Shown piece after piece: positions 28,787 to 38,433 of a stretch of DNA of 64,000 nt. A model generated the notes under the pieces. It did not search any database. It was not told the origin of the DNA and saw only the letters and a program-made list of their open reading frames with translations. The stretch covers positions 7,351 through 71,350 of the forward strand of contig CAZLNP010000003.1 of NCBI GenBank assembly GCA_964561085.1. Direction: 5' to 3'. The position numbers were made by a program, and so were the translations under genes. Position 1 is the stretch's first letter; every line of letters starts with the position of its first letter. This DNA is from an uncultured Candidatus Saccharibacteria bacterium (GTDB lineage Bacteria > Patescibacteriota > Doudnabacteria > UBA920).

Positions 28787-29401
28787 TTATATACCGAGGT
28801 TCTTCCGAATCTCGGCCCAATTGTCCTTAGTCGCCTCGTCCATCGCTTTAACAGCACTAGACTTCGCAACCTCTTTATTTGATCTGCGAAGCTTGCCGAC
28901 TAAACCACCCCATTTATCATCGAGCTTTTGCTCATTGTAGCTCATGATTGTTTTGTGGTTGGCCCACTCATCATCATCGAACTCGGCTATCATCTCGATC
29001 TGCAACATGCAGTTTTGAATTCTAGCCTCTTTATGGGAATTTTTTGCTTCCTGATTGTCTATGTCGCCGACATAAGGCTCCCCTAGCATTGCTAGTCTTG
29101 CCAAATTTGCACGATACGGAGTCAGTTGCGAGAGCTTCCTTTCAGCTTCTGAAGCGAGAGCATAATTTTGCTTTGTTACTCTCGCCAATGCAGTAGCGTA
29201 TAGATTCTCGTCGTCAAGCTCTAAATTTCCAGAAACTGCTATGCGAAATTTTTTAACATCCATCGTTGTAATTTCATCATTAAGTTTTTTCGCACCACTC
29301 TTAATGATATCGATTACTGCCGTAGTGGCAGCTCCGCCAGCGACTCCCTTAAGGATGTCTGCTGCGAATTCCGTTAATTTTTTTGTTTTGCTATCTGCCA
29401 T
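28787..29401 (-). CDS. Hypothetical helical protein
   Basis: GAGG SD; 204-aa ORF in an operon; glycine-rich amphipathic N-terminus. Confidence 0.7.
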   Translation of the reverse strand: MADSKTKKLTEFAADILKGVAGGAATTAVIDIIKSGAKKLNDEITTMDVKKFRIAVSGNLELDDENLYATALARVTKQNYALASEAERKLSQLTPYRANLARLAMLGEPYVGDIDNQEAKNSHKEARIQNCMLQIEMIAEFDDDEWANHKTIMSYNEQKLDDKWGGLVGKLRRSNKEVAKSSAVKAMDEATKDNWAEIRKNLGI

Positions 29402-29407
29402 AAATAT

Positions 29408-30049
29408 TTACCTCTTCAGCATGAACAGTGCTGTCTGCTTACCACTTGTTGGTTCTGTAAAAAACACTTTGCCGTTTTGATCCATTAAACGAATCAAGAT
29501 ATTAGCCGAGCCGTTTGCATCCGTTTCAATCTGCGAGATTTCATGCGGTTTGCTTTCGACGTCGTCGGCGCCAATGTTAATGGTGTAGTTCTGTCCAGGG
29601 TGTATCAACACACTTTGCTTAGCAGGTTTCCCATGCTCATCAAAGGTTTGAACGAATACAGGAACAAAACCATTAGCCATATGTTTAGAAGGAGTAACTT
29701 TCACACGCTCAATAGCTTCAGCCTTTTTGGCATCCGACTTTTTAAACGGGAATACTACCTCATTGCATACATTGGTTCGAGCAGATTGCTCTACTTTTAC
29801 AGTCAGAGGAAGATCTTTGTCATAGCTGAAATCCTCCACTACGACATCGATCTTATCTAGCTGCCGCGGAAAGTTAACCGTCTTGACGAACTGATTCTGA
29901 ACACTAATCCTTAGACTAATGTTGAAATTTTGCCTGTTCGTGATTGCCACAGAAAAGCGAAGATTCACTTTTCCTTCCGAGCTACCTGATTTTACAACTT
30001 CGGCAGCATTATTAGTTTCGATTGTTATTTGATACTTTGGATCTGCCAT
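29408..30049 (-). CDS. Hypothetical beta-rich (Ig-like?) protein
   Basis: GAGG SD before ATG 30049; alternating hydrophobic strands and TDANGSA motif. Confidence 0.65.
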   Translation of the reverse strand: MADPKYQITIETNNAAEVVKSGSSEGKVNLRFSVAITNRQNFNISLRISVQNQFVKTVNFPRQLDKIDVVVEDFSYDKDLPLTVKVEQSARTNVCNEVVFPFKKSDAKKAEAIERVKVTPSKHMANGFVPVFVQTFDEHGKPAKQSVLIHPGQNYTINIGADDVESKPHEISQIETDANGSANILIRLMDQNGKVFFTEPTSGKQTALFMLKR

Positions 30050-30051
30050 TT

Positions 30052-30555
30052 TTACCTCAGTAGCATCAGAATGAATGCAATCCATAGCCCACCGCATATG
30101 ATTGTAAAGCATAAACGGATAGGTTTGCCTATAAAACCAAGGTCGATAAACCACCAGAACATCATGAAACTTAAAGTCCACAATCCCCGGTAGAACAAAG
30201 ATCGTTCATCGTTTACCAAACCAAAAATGAATAGCAGGACGCAAATAAGCGCTCCTGCTGACCGGATCAAGCGAGTAAAACTTGAATACCATACTTGCAC
30301 ATGAGCTAATGCTCTTATGAAAGATGTTTCTCCTCTGCTAGCTTGACGAAGTCTTCTTGCGTTCTCAATGCGAACCCGCGCTCTTTCAAGCCTAGTAGGT
30401 TGAACATTGTTAGCGTTCCGAACAGGAGCTGCCGCTACCCTTCTATTCCGACCCCTAATTACAGGTGCCGGATTGACGGGCTGTGGCGGAGCTGTGTTCG
30501 GGGTTGAAACGGCATCTAGGTCAATAAGCTGACCGTCATACCAAATTGAAGCCAT
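30052..30555 (-). CDS. Hypothetical membrane protein (Pro/Arg-rich N-terminus, three C-terminal TM helices)
   Basis: AAGGAG SD before ATG 30555; hydrophobic C-terminal half. Confidence 0.7.
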   Translation of the reverse strand: MASIWYDGQLIDLDAVSTPNTAPPQPVNPAPVIRGRNRRVAAAPVRNANNVQPTRLERARVRIENARRLRQASRGETSFIRALAHVQVWYSSFTRLIRSAGALICVLLFIFGLVNDERSLFYRGLWTLSFMMFWWFIDLGFIGKPIRLCFTIICGGLWIAFILMLLR

Positions 30556-30694
30556 AACGTTATCTCCTTTTTTTGTTTTTCCGAATATTCTGTTGTAAAA
30601 GAACTGCAAAACTAGTGAAATCACTTGCTTTGCCGTCTTAAAGGAGTTATATCCCCTTTAAAAGGGTAAAACAAATCTATTTAACTTGGACTAC

Positions 30695-30771
30695 ATAATA
30701 GCATATTTTCGGTATTTTGTCAATAGTAATTCTCACCAAAGATTGACAAAATATCAATTGTGTGATATACT
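30695..30771. promoter_or_regulatory. Back-to-back divergent sigma70 promoters of the island
   Basis: Minus: TTGACA-17-TATTAT (30723-30695); plus: TTGACA-17-TATACT (30743-30771). Confidence 0.8.
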
Positions 30772-30985
30772 ATTGCATCGTTCATTGACAACTTGGTAAT
30801 GGTTTAGTTAGCCCAACAAGGCGTTTTCAAATATCCCCTATTTATTTGAGGCTTTGTTAGGCTAACATAGCCTATCTTGATCCATGCTGCTTCCATTCTG
30901 GAAATAGTTTTGATCAGGATTTTCTGCATCTGGGTAACTCCAGCATGTATTCAAAAAAGGATTTTACCATATCATAGGAGAACAA

Positions 30986-32584
30986 ATGAAAAAAATTAAT
31001 TGGAACGCTATTCCTTTAATCGGGCGGTTCTTTTCAGCACCGCAAATCACCGAAACTAATGAACAATCAAATGTTCAAGTTCTTCGGCTTACACCTGCTT
31101 CTGCGGACATCGAAGCTGTAAACATTTCGTTTATACCTGGCAGATTCAGAGAAATCAACGAAACTATTAACGAGGAATTCCTGAGTGAATTCAACGGTAA
31201 TAATTTGGAGACAATCTTTGAAAAAATTGCCGGGAAGGCTAAGGACATCTATAGCGACATCGTTTCTATGTTCAGCGATCTTGCCGATCGTAAACAGACG
31301 GTAGAAACTCTTCAAGGTGAAATTACGTCGGTCGCACTTGTTGCTGCTCACAATAATAGCCTAGAAGATGCGGAGACAGCTCTAAATGAAAGTTGGGCAA
31401 GAGGTTTTAACGAAAAACTCGATGCCGAATCGAAATTAAGCGGTCTCAAAGCCTCGCTGAATGAAGCTGCTGAAGATTTTAGACTCTTCGTTATCGGCAT
31501 CGCCGGTCACGAGAAGGCAGTCATAAAAATTCAGTCTAAGTTAGTCAAAATTGGTAATCGCGTTGCTTTTGCAATCGCCATTATTAGTTTTGAAGCTCTA
31601 CTCGGATTCGAAACCTTTCAAGGTGCCGGAACCGACCAGATGGCGTTAGCTCTTTCCATAGCATTTGGTGGGGCAATCTACATTCTTTCAATCCTCGGTG
31701 CCGACAAGTCTTCTATAGTTTCACATCACACTGATGCGAGAGCGGTATTCAACCGCAACTATCGAGATACCGATTCCAAACGACGCCTCCCCGAAAATCA
31801 AGGTCGGGACAATAACGGCAAAATCGTAAAGTTCTATGAACTAAGCGATAAAACCGTTAAAGCTGCAAAACGCATGACCCTTGCTCTCGGAGCATTAAGT
31901 ATTGCGCTACTTGCTCTTCGCGGTTTTATTATTTACCGTGATGAAACGCTAGGCATTATGGGAATCATCGGAACTGCAGGCTTATTACTGGCGGCGTGGA
32001 TTTTCTACGCATTGGACTACGTCTTCGGACCGAAGTATGAAGCAGAACAGCTTGATGAATACAGTCGGAAATTTGCGACTGTAATGGGACTCGCCCATAA
32101 CATCAAAATGATTCAGAAAGCTACGACGGACAAATACAATAGCCTGATGGACCGCTTGAAACTCGAATATCAAGTTTCAGTTGCCAATGCCAAATCTGTT
32201 CTTAATTATGCTATCGATAACTTTCGCAACAACCGCACTGCCTATGAGAAATTAAGGCGGCAATACGGCGAGGCGATAAAATCTTTTGAAACCGGATTCG
32301 TAAGCTCCTGCGATTTTGCGATCAACAAAATCAAAGAAGCCCATGGCACCAAAATCGGAAAAGTTTCGCGAGCGAGTTTGCTCACGATTCTGACCCATTG
32401 GGTTCCACAGAACGAAACTCTGGGTGATAGAGAATTCGATAAAACAATCGCCAAGCATCCTCTGCCTTCCAAAACAGACAGTGGGCTCACAAAGCCTATA
32501 ACTGTCTGGGCAGATGTTCGCAAAACGATCGAAACGACCGAAACGGAACGGCGCAGACAGATCCTAACCACAAATATCGCGTAA
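30986..32584 (+). CDS. Hypothetical protein with coiled coils and two TM hairpins
   Basis: AGGAG SD; helical N-terminus, four TM segments in two pairs, helical C-terminus. Confidence 0.8.
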   Translation: MKKINWNAIPLIGRFFSAPQITETNEQSNVQVLRLTPASADIEAVNISFIPGRFREINETINEEFLSEFNGNNLETIFEKIAGKAKDIYSDIVSMFSDLADRKQTVETLQGEITSVALVAAHNNSLEDAETALNESWARGFNEKLDAESKLSGLKASLNEAAEDFRLFVIGIAGHEKAVIKIQSKLVKIGNRVAFAIAIISFEALLGFETFQGAGTDQMALALSIAFGGAIYILSILGADKSSIVSHHTDARAVFNRNYRDTDSKRRLPENQGRDNNGKIVKFYELSDKTVKAAKRMTLALGALSIALLALRGFIIYRDETLGIMGIIGTAGLLLAAWIFYALDYVFGPKYEAEQLDEYSRKFATVMGLAHNIKMIQKATTDKYNSLMDRLKLEYQVSVANAKSVLNYAIDNFRNNRTAYEKLRRQYGEAIKSFETGFVSSCDFAINKIKEAHGTKIGKVSRASLLTILTHWVPQNETLGDREFDKTIAKHPLPSKTDSGLTKPITVWADVRKTIETTETERRRQILTTNIA

Positions 32585-32598
32585 GCGGGAGAAAAACG

Positions 32599-33666
32599 AT
32601 GAACTTTGAATTAGATGATTTCAACATACCAAACGGCGGGCAGCCGAAAACAAGCCCGCTAGCATTGGTCGGTGTAATTTGTTTCATCCTGCTTGCAATC
32701 GGCGGAGCAGTTAGCATGGTCTACTATCTGGCTGTAAAACCGGCGGCAGACTATCAAGTTAAGGTCAGTTCATTCGGACCTTACACACGGGAATTCGGTC
32801 AACCGCCCGTTTCGATACCTCTCGAAGAGGAAATCTTTAGCCCTCAAAAAGTTAAAGACTATCGGAACGGCGAAGGCTTCTCCTTCGAACTCATCAAAAA
32901 GTTCAAGGGAAAAGTTGACTCGAAAATAACGATCGAACTGAAGCCTTGGGATGAACATCTCGATGGTGGACGCGGAAATCGGGACAAACGACTCGCGGAT
33001 GTCCAGAAAAAACGAGAATCGGCTCGAAAGTTAATAGAGGCTTTCAATTCGGATGAGGCTCGAAAATGGTCGCTCCTCTTGTTTCTTGACGGAACAAGCG
33101 GAACAGGACCTCAGCTCACCGAAGGAGTCAATCAGGGCTTTGCCAGTTTCGGAATCGCCGAATTGTTAAAAAACGGCGACACGGCAACTGTTCAAGCCAT
33201 TATTCTCAATAGTAGCGGAACTACCGAAATCAAGGAAGTTAGCGTTACACGAGACGAGAGTGAATTACAATCACTCAAGGAGTGGTTACTCAAAAAACGA
33301 ACTGATGAAGGAAACAGCGCGCTCGCAACAGGCATATTCAATGTCCTGTCGCAGACGGAAAATCCTTACACTAAATTGGTCATAATCAGCGACGGTCTTG
33401 AAAATAGCGTAGGAACCACAAATTTCTACGCTAAGAAAGATCAGCTTGTTAAGGGCAAAACTGATAAAGCAGAGTGGCAGAAAATCGCCGGGGAAATCCA
33501 GCGACAGAAGGCTGTTCCTGATTTATCAGGGAAGGAAGTGTTGTGGATTCTGTATCCGACTCCAGGCAGCTCAGATGAACTCATCTTCGCTGCTGAGGGT
33601 TTCTGGGCTTGGTTCTTAACAGAACAAGCCGGCACAGTTAAAACTAAGGTCATGAAGCTTAATTAG
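32599..33666 (+). CDS. Membrane-anchored vWA-like domain protein
   Basis: N-terminal TM; LLLFLDGTSG (MIDAS-like) and LVIISDGLEN motifs. Confidence 0.65.
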   Translation: MNFELDDFNIPNGGQPKTSPLALVGVICFILLAIGGAVSMVYYLAVKPAADYQVKVSSFGPYTREFGQPPVSIPLEEEIFSPQKVKDYRNGEGFSFELIKKFKGKVDSKITIELKPWDEHLDGGRGNRDKRLADVQKKRESARKLIEAFNSDEARKWSLLLFLDGTSGTGPQLTEGVNQGFASFGIAELLKNGDTATVQAIILNSSGTTEIKEVSVTRDESELQSLKEWLLKKRTDEGNSALATGIFNVLSQTENPYTKLVIISDGLENSVGTTNFYAKKDQLVKGKTDKAEWQKIAGEIQRQKAVPDLSGKEVLWILYPTPGSSDELIFAAEGFWAWFLTEQAGTVKTKVMKLN

Positions 33667-33687
33667 AGCTTCTGACTATATCTTTGA

Positions 33688-33724
33688 GGCAGGGCGATGT
33701 TTACATCTCCCTGCCTTACTTTTT
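33688..33724 (+). terminator. Intrinsic terminator ending the right arm of the island
   Basis: AGGCAGGG-GATGT/ACATC-CCCTGCCT hairpin followed by T run. Confidence 0.75.
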
Positions 33725-33775
33725 AAAAGATTAAATAATTCGAATTTGGAGGATTTATCAAATTCTTATAAAACT

Positions 33776-33812
33776 AAACGAGCGTACACAATATGTATAC
33801 GCTCGTTTTTTT
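33776..33812. terminator. Intrinsic terminator
   Basis: AAACGAGCGTA...TACGCTCGTTT inverted repeat. Confidence 0.7.
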
Positions 33813-34098
33813 ATTTCAATGCTTCTCGCGCTTCTGCTAAACCAACCTCATCATTAAATTTGGTATCTTTTTTATCTACTACTTCTATAGTCTTTAACAC
33901 CTCTTCCAATAGTGCGCTCTCTCTTTCATTCACCTCGGTAACAGCTTTCATGTAAGCCTGTGCCACGAGCACATGAACTTTACCTCTTTCTTCAGACCCC
34001 GTGTCTTGGCTTAGGTACTGTTTTAACAAAGGCAATGCATCTTCCCAGTGTCCATCCTCCAGAAGACTAAATAATTTAGTTGTGTCAGTATTTTCCAT
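33811..34098 (-). CDS. Small acidic helical hypothetical protein
   Basis: 95-aa ORF 4 nt downstream of the preceding gene. Confidence 0.7.
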   Translation of the reverse strand: MENTDTTKLFSLLEDGHWEDALPLLKQYLSQDTGSEERGKVHVLVAQAYMKAVTEVNERESALLEEVLKTIEVVDKKDTKFNDEVGLAEAREALK

Positions 34099-34102
34099 AA
34101 CT

Positions 34103-35239
34103 TTACATTAAATATTCGTGCTTAAGCAATAGCACTTTTAATAAGAATTTTTTATCTTCAGAAGTACTGCCATCTTCAATTGCCTTTTCAATTTCTGCAC
34201 GAACCATGTCTCGCACATCTTCTGCGGACTGGGTTCCAAGCTCTTTTGATTTTAAATATGGCATTAATTCTTTTTCCAAGCTTCCCAAATCTGAGTCAGC
34301 AATCTGATCAGCAACTTCGCCCATCATCTTGGCTGTTATAACTTTTTCAAACTCTGCCATATACTCATCAAATCCCTCGGTATACTCTTGATCATGAGAG
34401 AAAACCATATTTCTACCATCTTTCTCATCTCTGAATTTAGCCAACGCCTCAAACTCACTTCTAATTTCACTCAATGGAGCATCAAGATTGCCCATTATTT
34501 CCTCAGTTTTCTCCTTTAGAGCTTCCCTGCCTTTAGCCGCCAATTCTTCAGCTACTTCTAACCCAGCTATCAAATCCGATCTAACTTGAGCTAACTCAGC
34601 ATGCATCATTCCAAGATTAGCTTCTGCAAAAGATGCGCTTCCTAACATTTCAGAAGCTTTCTCTAACTCGCGGTCAATACTTTCAACTCGAACTTTAAAT
34701 TCTTCTTTAACTCTTTTGATAGCCTCATCTGGGCGGTCTGTGAAAAATTTCCCTATGAATCCTTTTGCACCTTTTGCTTCTTTCAAAGCATCAACTTTAT
34801 TCTGCAAACCCTCTGCCCCTCCGTGAGACTCATATCTTTTGACTGCTTTACGCTGAGCCTCAAGAATTTTTTCAGATTCTTCATACCTTTCAAGCTGCTC
34901 TTTTATTTCGCCTACTTTGCCTGGGTTTTCTCTGAGCTCTTTTTCAATATATGCTTTAATGGATTCCATTCTCTCTGTAGCATCTACCTCGGCATAACCT
35001 GAAAGCTGTTTTGAATACATTTTATCCAATCCAGTGACGACCCTCTTCTCATTTTCGAAATCAGTGTATCTTTCACTTAAAGTATCAAAGCTAGTTTCAG
35101 GATCCAAATCTTCCAAATCCCCGTGAACTCTGCCCATAAATTCAATGAACTTAGGGTCTGACATTTTTTCTGTATCAAAACTCTCTTTTCCAGCAAAACT
35201 CTTCGAGAGATTTTCCTTTAAATTCTTAAATATTCCCAT
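34103..35239 (-). CDS. Glu/Lys-rich coiled-coil hypothetical protein
   Basis: 378-aa ORF; upstream TATAAT and AAGGA; highly charged helical sequence. Confidence 0.78.
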   Translation of the reverse strand: MGIFKNLKENLSKSFAGKESFDTEKMSDPKFIEFMGRVHGDLEDLDPETSFDTLSERYTDFENEKRVVTGLDKMYSKQLSGYAEVDATERMESIKAYIEKELRENPGKVGEIKEQLERYEESEKILEAQRKAVKRYESHGGAEGLQNKVDALKEAKGAKGFIGKFFTDRPDEAIKRVKEEFKVRVESIDRELEKASEMLGSASFAEANLGMMHAELAQVRSDLIAGLEVAEELAAKGREALKEKTEEIMGNLDAPLSEIRSEFEALAKFRDEKDGRNMVFSHDQEYTEGFDEYMAEFEKVITAKMMGEVADQIADSDLGSLEKELMPYLKSKELGTQSAEDVRDMVRAEIEKAIEDGSTSEDKKFLLKVLLLKHEYLM

Positions 35240-35305
35240 ATATTCCTTAATTTATTATTCTCAATATGATTATAGCAGGCAAAATTAGGCTTGGCTACCA
35301 GCCTT

Positions 35306-37855
35306 TTAAAGCGTCCGCTCCGTCGCAGCCTGTCCTGCCGCCATCATATCTGCTACCTGGCTAGATTCCAGAATCTCTGCTTCTACCTCAGCACGAGGTC
35401 GGCCAAACTTTAACCTAGAAAGTTGTTTAATAGCCCCAGCAGTTTTTGCCTGCTCAGGTGTAGGCTTTGGTAGTGGATAAGTTGCCATGTTAAACGGCTT
35501 ACTCGCTGTCCCATTAATCATCAACTTCACAAAAGCATTGTAGCGATCCACATTCAGCAAATCGAAGTCGTTGAACACAGGCGCGAATTCTTTCGCCATA
35601 GTTTCGGCATCTTCCACACCAATTCTAAATGTCACCATTGAACCAGTGTTTCCGAACACAGCATCACGAAGCTCTTTACTACCAGCTCCTTGTGCACCTG
35701 CTCCTTGAGAAAGCTGTCCTAAAAATTGATGCCCAATAATTAAGTTTAACTTGTATTTACGAGCTTCACTCAAAATACTAGAAAACGCATCGGTAATAAA
35801 GTTTTGGAATTCATCAACATACAAATAAAAGTCTACGCGATCTTCTTCAGGAATATCGGCGCGAGACATAGCAGCCATTTGAATTTTACTAACCAAAATT
35901 AAACCAAGCAACTTTGCATTCATCTCCCCTACTTTTCCTTTAGCAAGGTTAACAAGTAAAATCTTGCGGCCATCCATTACCTCACGGAAGTTAAAAGATG
36001 ATTTCGGCTGACCAACAATGTTGCGCATCATGGAGTTTTCTACGAAGCGACCAACTTTAGAAATCAAATAACCTAACATTTCTGATTTGTGGAAGTCAGA
36101 TGTCTTAGCCATTTCTTTTTCCCAGAAAGCGCGCACTACAGCATCAGTCACTTTACTCACTTTATATTTCTGGAATTCTGTATCGGTAAAGATGCGCGGA
36201 ATGTCGACAATAGTGCCAGGATGTTCTGAGTCTGCCATTAAAGTTAGCATGGCATTACGCATGTTGTGTTCGAACATCGGTCCAAGCATCGCCGGATCTG
36301 TTACGAGTTTATAGAAAATTGAGATCATTTCTTGCACAGCAAAATCTTTTTGACCTTCATTGCTGACTTCAAGCATGTTCAAACCCAAAGGACGTTCTGA
36401 ATCGAACGGTTCAAAAAGAATAACATCTTCTGCTCGCTCCTTTGGAATGTGTGGCAGAATATCCTCAATGAAATCTCCATGAGGGTCGATAATACAAAGC
36501 CCTTCACCGTTCTGAATATCCTGAACGGACATATACTTCATAAGCTCAGTCTTACCAACACCAGTACGTCCTAGAATGTAAGTGTGGCGACGACGATCAT
36601 CTCTTTGCGCACGGATAGGAGTCTCTACGCCTCGGTATATATTACGTCCCAGTAGAATTCCCTCTGAAGGAATATTCACAGGAGCGGGGGCCTTTTTACT
36701 TTGCAACCATTTAATATTTGGGGTTTCCAAAAACGGTGTTGGTAAATGCCAAAGGCTAGTAATTTCTTCTGTATTTAAAATGGACTTCTTCCAGCTACGA
36801 CGATAGATGCGGAACATATAGTCTTTTACTACCGCACTGGTCTTACGAGATTTAACTTTAAACCCATTGAATGGCGGCATGTTGTACTGCAGGAAAGAAG
36901 AAGTAATGCTATTTAAATTCACTGCAGCTGCACCAGGAGTTGTAGATGAAGTGATGATTCTAATATTTGTATTGAATCCCGGACGACTAGCCTTCTCTTC
37001 AAACTTCTTCACCATTTCTTGCTGCATCGGAGTAAGCTGAATAGCGGAATGCATCCCTGTCAAATCTTGATGATGCCCTTGAGTATTTGTTGGTTCGTTT
37101 TTTCCAAAAGCGCTATCCCGTAAAATTCCGAATGATTCAGAGGCAAATTTTGCACCTGCTCCTTTTACAACGCTGTTAGGGTTTTTCCCTTGCTGAATCT
37201 CCAACGCTAAATGACGTGGTTTATGCTGCCAGTGGTGTCCTGCTGGGGACAAGATAAACTGAATCGCTGCGCCTTCGTTATCGCCCAGCTTAGACATAGC
37301 GTTAGTTAGAGCATTCAACGGATCTGTTTCCATGGTCTTATATGTACGAATTGGAAACATGTATGGACGGTTTAACTCCAATTCAGCAGCTGCAATTTGC
37401 CCACCCTTTTGGAATGGATTATATCCCCTAACAATCTCGATGAACGCATGAGGATACTGCGCTTGTAGTTGTTTTTCTACTAGCTCTTGAAGACTTCGGG
37501 GGCAGTTAATATAAAAAGATATCTTTTTTTCTGTGCATGCAATCTCTAAGCTGATGTATTGCTTAGGTTGAAAAAACCAATTATGTGCGCTGATTTCAGA
37601 AAGCGCAGTGAACAACTGCTCAGCAACGCCGATCATATTCTTCTTGGCTTCTGGATTATTAAGTTGATTATTCTGCTTATCTTCAGAATTATCTTTTGGC
37701 ATTTGAATCTCTAAAAACACCCAGTCCTTAGTGCGCGGCAAAATAACTTTACTGTAGTACCAGTGCCTGTGAATATAATAAGCTAGGAATGCCAAAAAAG
37801 CCAATACAAGTATGGCTAAAAATAAACTGGCTATAATAATCGTATTCAGCTCCAT
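35306..37855 (-). CDS. VirD4/TraG/TrwB-like (HerA/FtsK superfamily) membrane-anchored ATPase
   Basis: N-terminal TM; RRRHTYILGRTGVGKT Walker A, IDPHGD, LYVDEFQNF Walker B, EARKY and HQ motifs. Confidence 0.9.
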   Translation of the reverse strand: MELNTIIIASLFLAILVLAFLAFLAYYIHRHWYYSKVILPRTKDWVFLEIQMPKDNSEDKQNNQLNNPEAKKNMIGVAEQLFTALSEISAHNWFFQPKQYISLEIACTEKKISFYINCPRSLQELVEKQLQAQYPHAFIEIVRGYNPFQKGGQIAAAELELNRPYMFPIRTYKTMETDPLNALTNAMSKLGDNEGAAIQFILSPAGHHWQHKPRHLALEIQQGKNPNSVVKGAGAKFASESFGILRDSAFGKNEPTNTQGHHQDLTGMHSAIQLTPMQQEMVKKFEEKASRPGFNTNIRIITSSTTPGAAAVNLNSITSSFLQYNMPPFNGFKVKSRKTSAVVKDYMFRIYRRSWKKSILNTEEITSLWHLPTPFLETPNIKWLQSKKAPAPVNIPSEGILLGRNIYRGVETPIRAQRDDRRRHTYILGRTGVGKTELMKYMSVQDIQNGEGLCIIDPHGDFIEDILPHIPKERAEDVILFEPFDSERPLGLNMLEVSNEGQKDFAVQEMISIFYKLVTDPAMLGPMFEHNMRNAMLTLMADSEHPGTIVDIPRIFTDTEFQKYKVSKVTDAVVRAFWEKEMAKTSDFHKSEMLGYLISKVGRFVENSMMRNIVGQPKSSFNFREVMDGRKILLVNLAKGKVGEMNAKLLGLILVSKIQMAAMSRADIPEEDRVDFYLYVDEFQNFITDAFSSILSEARKYKLNLIIGHQFLGQLSQGAGAQGAGSKELRDAVFGNTGSMVTFRIGVEDAETMAKEFAPVFNDFDLLNVDRYNAFVKLMINGTASKPFNMATYPLPKPTPEQAKTAGAIKQLSRLKFGRPRAEVEAEILESSQVADMMAAGQAATERTL

Positions 37856-37879
37856 ATTTATTTTTGTTTTATAAAAACT

Positions 37880-38236
37880 TTACTCTTTTAAATCAGCTGA
37901 TAGTGCCAAAACCTGTTCCATTTCATCGCTTGCATTTTCCAGAGGAACACCATGATTAATGAGACTCTCAAGGACTTCTGCTTCACGGCTTTTTTGTGCA
38001 GAACTGATGACTTCATGAGCTGATCCAGAATCAACTTCAATTGGTGATTCAGTTATTGATTCAGAATTCAAAGCTTCGACCTGCTTTACATCTTCACTAT
38101 CACCTAACTCTGTAGGAAGGCCGAAATCCGGAGTACTAAGTGTTTCCGTAGCCTCGTTGGATTCGACACGCTCTTGATTTTCAATTTTAAAACCATCATT
38201 CTCTACACCGCCGATTTTTCTTTCATCTAACTCCAT
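37880..38236 (-). CDS. Acidic low-complexity hypothetical protein
   Basis: 118-aa Glu/Ser-rich ORF upstream of the ATPase; TGTTATAAT upstream. Confidence 0.65.
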   Translation of the reverse strand: MELDERKIGGVENDGFKIENQERVESNEATETLSTPDFGLPTELGDSEDVKQVEALNSESITESPIEVDSGSAHEVISSAQKSREAEVLESLINHGVPLENASDEMEQVLALSADLKE

Positions 38237-38305
38237 TTTTGTTTCGCTTTCTTATATTTTCAGTTAGTTTTACTAATTTATTATAACACTTTTTCGCCCA
38301 AAATA

Positions 38306-38412
38306 AAAAACCATAAAGATTTACTAAGCAGGCAGTTGGCTAGCGCGCGAGGTCTGCTACTTTAGGCAGACCGAGACAAAGCGCTGCCTGCGGGTAGATC
38401 TTTATGGTTTTT
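38306..38412. repeat. Nested palindromic element downstream of secY
   Basis: AAAAACCATAAAGAT/ATCTTTATGGTTTTT outer stem, GCAGGCAG/CTGCCTGC middle stem, GGTCTGC/GCAGACC inner stem. Confidence 0.75.
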
Positions 38413-38433
38413 AAAAAAATCGAGTGAAAAAGG

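Noticed and set aside
27346-33724. Prophage or ICE explanation of the island
   Set aside because: No integrase, transposase, phage structural gene or flanking direct repeat was seen.
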